Below are positions 61,853-64,000 of a stretch of DNA of 64,000 nucleotides, piece after piece. The DNA lies in contig OZ287701.1 of the NCBI GenBank assembly GCA_965649825.1, forward strand, positions 795,101 through 859,100, written 5' to 3'. Made by a program: the position numbers and the translations under genes. Within the stretch, counting starts at the first letter, position 1, and each line of letters starts with the position of its first letter. Under the pieces are notes generated by a model that was given only the letters and a program-made list of their open reading frames with translations, did not search any database and had not been told where the DNA came from. The DNA comes from Penicillus capitatus. Its lineage: Eukaryota > Plantae > Chlorophyta.

Positions 61853-63886
61853 TCACCCGAATGTACCCAAAACCCGAGTATTGGGACTGCAGCAACAGGT
61901 TTTGCTTTCGAAATGCCTTGCAGTGTTTCTTACTTCAATGAAAGAACGATTGACTAAGTTATCATACAAACGAGCACCGGAGTTCCCAAAGACGACTTGA
62001 ACCAATCCGTCATCGACACATTTCTCGTCGAAAACGGGACATGTTCTTTGGTAGCTGTGATGGTGACCAGACCAAACCATGTCGACCTGAAAACACAAAT
62101 CTGAACCCTATTCAGAAGGATTCAGTAGCTTACTCCATTTTCGTAGAAGAGCTCTCCAAACTGCTCTTGAAGTTCTTGACCCACAAACCAGTATCCACCA
62201 CGCCTGTCAAATGTGATTCCGGGGTACATGGGGCGATGGACGCAGACGATGACCCAAGGCGTCACTGAGCGATCCACGGATTCGAGATCTTCTTTGATGA
62301 ACCTGCACAGTCCGCGCGTTTTCTATGATCTTTGAACGAAGGACATGTTTACTCGAATTGCTCTGTGCCAGATTCGAAGTCGTGCTCGCCGCTGAAGGTG
62401 AGGAAGTGGATGGGTCCGAAGTTGACGGAGTACCATGGCTTGTCGACTTCCTTGACTGGCATCTGAAGTCTTCTCTCGTAAGCGACCCCACATTCGCCTC
62501 CTGAATCACGTTTTGTGTCATAGCGATCCCCGGATCCTGGGTAGAGGCGTTCGTGGTTTCCAAGGACTGTCTAGAAAGCGAGCAGATTCGGAGCCAGATC
62601 AGAGATGGATAAAGGATCACCATGTAAGGGACCTTGGAGACCAGCGGATAGAGCTGATCAAAGAACACGTCCCAGTCTGCGACGTAGCCTTGCGCATAGG
62701 AGATGTCCCCGACGTGAAGCACCAGGTCGACGTCTTCCTCCAAGTGGATGTTCTTGGAGGTGCCCAGCGATGGCTTGTAGCCGTGCGGATTGTCGAAGTA
62801 GTCGACGTTGTACTGTCCCATGTCCGCTAGACCGATGATCTTGACGAACGCCTCGGGACCGACCGCCGGAGGCGCTTTGAACTCGTGCTCCTCGCTGAAA
62901 CCTCCGATCTGCACATCTGATGTCCAAGAATGCTCAGCAAGGACTGCGATCTCACGTCGTTGCCGAATCTGTAGTAGTAGCGCCGTCCCGGCCTCAGACC
63001 TTTAAGCACGGCTGAGTACATGTACCCGGGATCGATGTACCCTTGCTACACAAACAGCGCACACAGAGATCTCGACCAGTTCGCGCGGAAGCAGGAGTCC
63101 CACAGTCGTGGCAGGAGGGCCGCACAGGTCATTGGGTGTGTACGTCGTCCGCTCTGCGACCACTTCCGCGTCGAGCTTTCCTGATTTGGTGCCCCATTGC
63201 ACCACCGACTTCTCCTTCGACGACGAGACCCACTGCACCCGCATCTCACTAAACAATCAGTCAGCGGAGTCACTCCATGTCGGTCACACTTTTCTTTGTC
63301 TGTCAACGCCAGATGCACCGAAAGAGGGTACCCTCCGCGGCGCAGTTTGATGACAGGGCTCTCTCCGAGCACACGAGGACTGTCACGAAATTCCCGAATG
63401 AACAGGAACTTGACGTCCGTGCGGTGGTTGAAGAGTCTCACCCTACAGGTTCGTACTTCAGGGCATAACATCCCATGTTTGCGATTCGTACGGGAGCGAA
63501 CCCGATCCCGACAGCAGATGCGTTGGCGCATCTGAGGCGTAAGTGGATTTGATTGGGGCCTTTGAAAGCCAGTCTTCTTCGCCATAAGCGTAGAGAGCGA
63601 TAATGTCATCGTCGTGGGGCGTCGGTACGGATTTCCACGAAACGGTGACCCAGTCGAATCCTCTTCCGTCGAATTTCGTGGCATTGACGTCGAGAGAGAA
63701 CTCTTCGTTTTTAAGAGATGGCGGAAAAGAGACGAGGTCTGGGTGGTAGTGGTTGAGTGGGTGCTCTTCGTCCGTCGATACGCTCGTGTTTAATGCGCCG
63801 TTTGCTTTTCCCTTGGCAATACATCTCCTCACAGAGAAAGAGAGATACAGTAAGAAGAAAACGCAGTAGACCCGATGCAAAAGCAT
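61853..63886 (-). CDS. Secreted purple acid phosphatase / nucleotide pyrophosphatase-phosphodiesterase (large plant PAP type)
   Basis: It has a signal peptide, N-terminal FN3-like domains (DWVTVSW; EMRVQWVS) and all five metallophosphoesterase motifs: LADMG, GDISYA, LGNHE, LGHRPMY and SGHHHSYQRTC. Confidence 0.92.
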
Positions 63887-64000
63887 GCTTGAACGCTCGA
63901 ACCCGAAAAATTCGACATCAAAGACGTCATCATTATGAAGAACGCAAGCATCTTCAGATTCCCAATGGATGGCACAGAGAGCGGCACTGCAGGTCGTCGT

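Overview
Eukaryotic nuclear DNA from a flagellate-producing green alga (Chlorophyta). It carries an LHCII apoprotein, an outer-arm dynein beta heavy chain and CFAP100, and uses the standard genetic code. A compact siphonous/ulvophyte-type genome is my inference, not something I established. The window is very gene-dense, with mostly 40-70 nt spliceosomal introns. I reconstructed the gene models by hand from the ORF track and GT/GC-AG junctions. Left to right: 5' part of UPL1/HUWE1 E3 ligase, RPT5, a small secreted PAN-like protein, a 74-aa PIH1D2-like mini-protein, ABCF5, an ankyrin + tandem CCCH zinc-finger protein, a frameshifted MORN/filamin relic, HflX, a lifeguard/TMBIM protein, KBL/GCAT, the dynein beta heavy chain (17 kb, about 65 introns), a small SxIP/KEN protein, a secreted Ala-rich protein, FAD synthetase, Lhcbm, SDIR1-like RING, CFAP100, a folate-receptor-like protein and a purple acid phosphatase. 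I saw no tRNA, rRNA, CRISPR or recognisable transposase. The most unusual signals are: (1) roughly 10-fold excess of the palindrome CGATCG (the cyanobacterial HIP1 core), concentrated in introns; (2) linker-sized introns at about 200-bp spacing with an elevated GC-AG fraction; (3) 14 of 16 stops being TGA and none TAA; (4) several stripped-down or atypical proteins (PIH1D2-N plus EEVD-like tail; TMBIM lacking both sensor aspartates). All counts are manual and approximate, and family calls come from recalled motifs rather than database searches.
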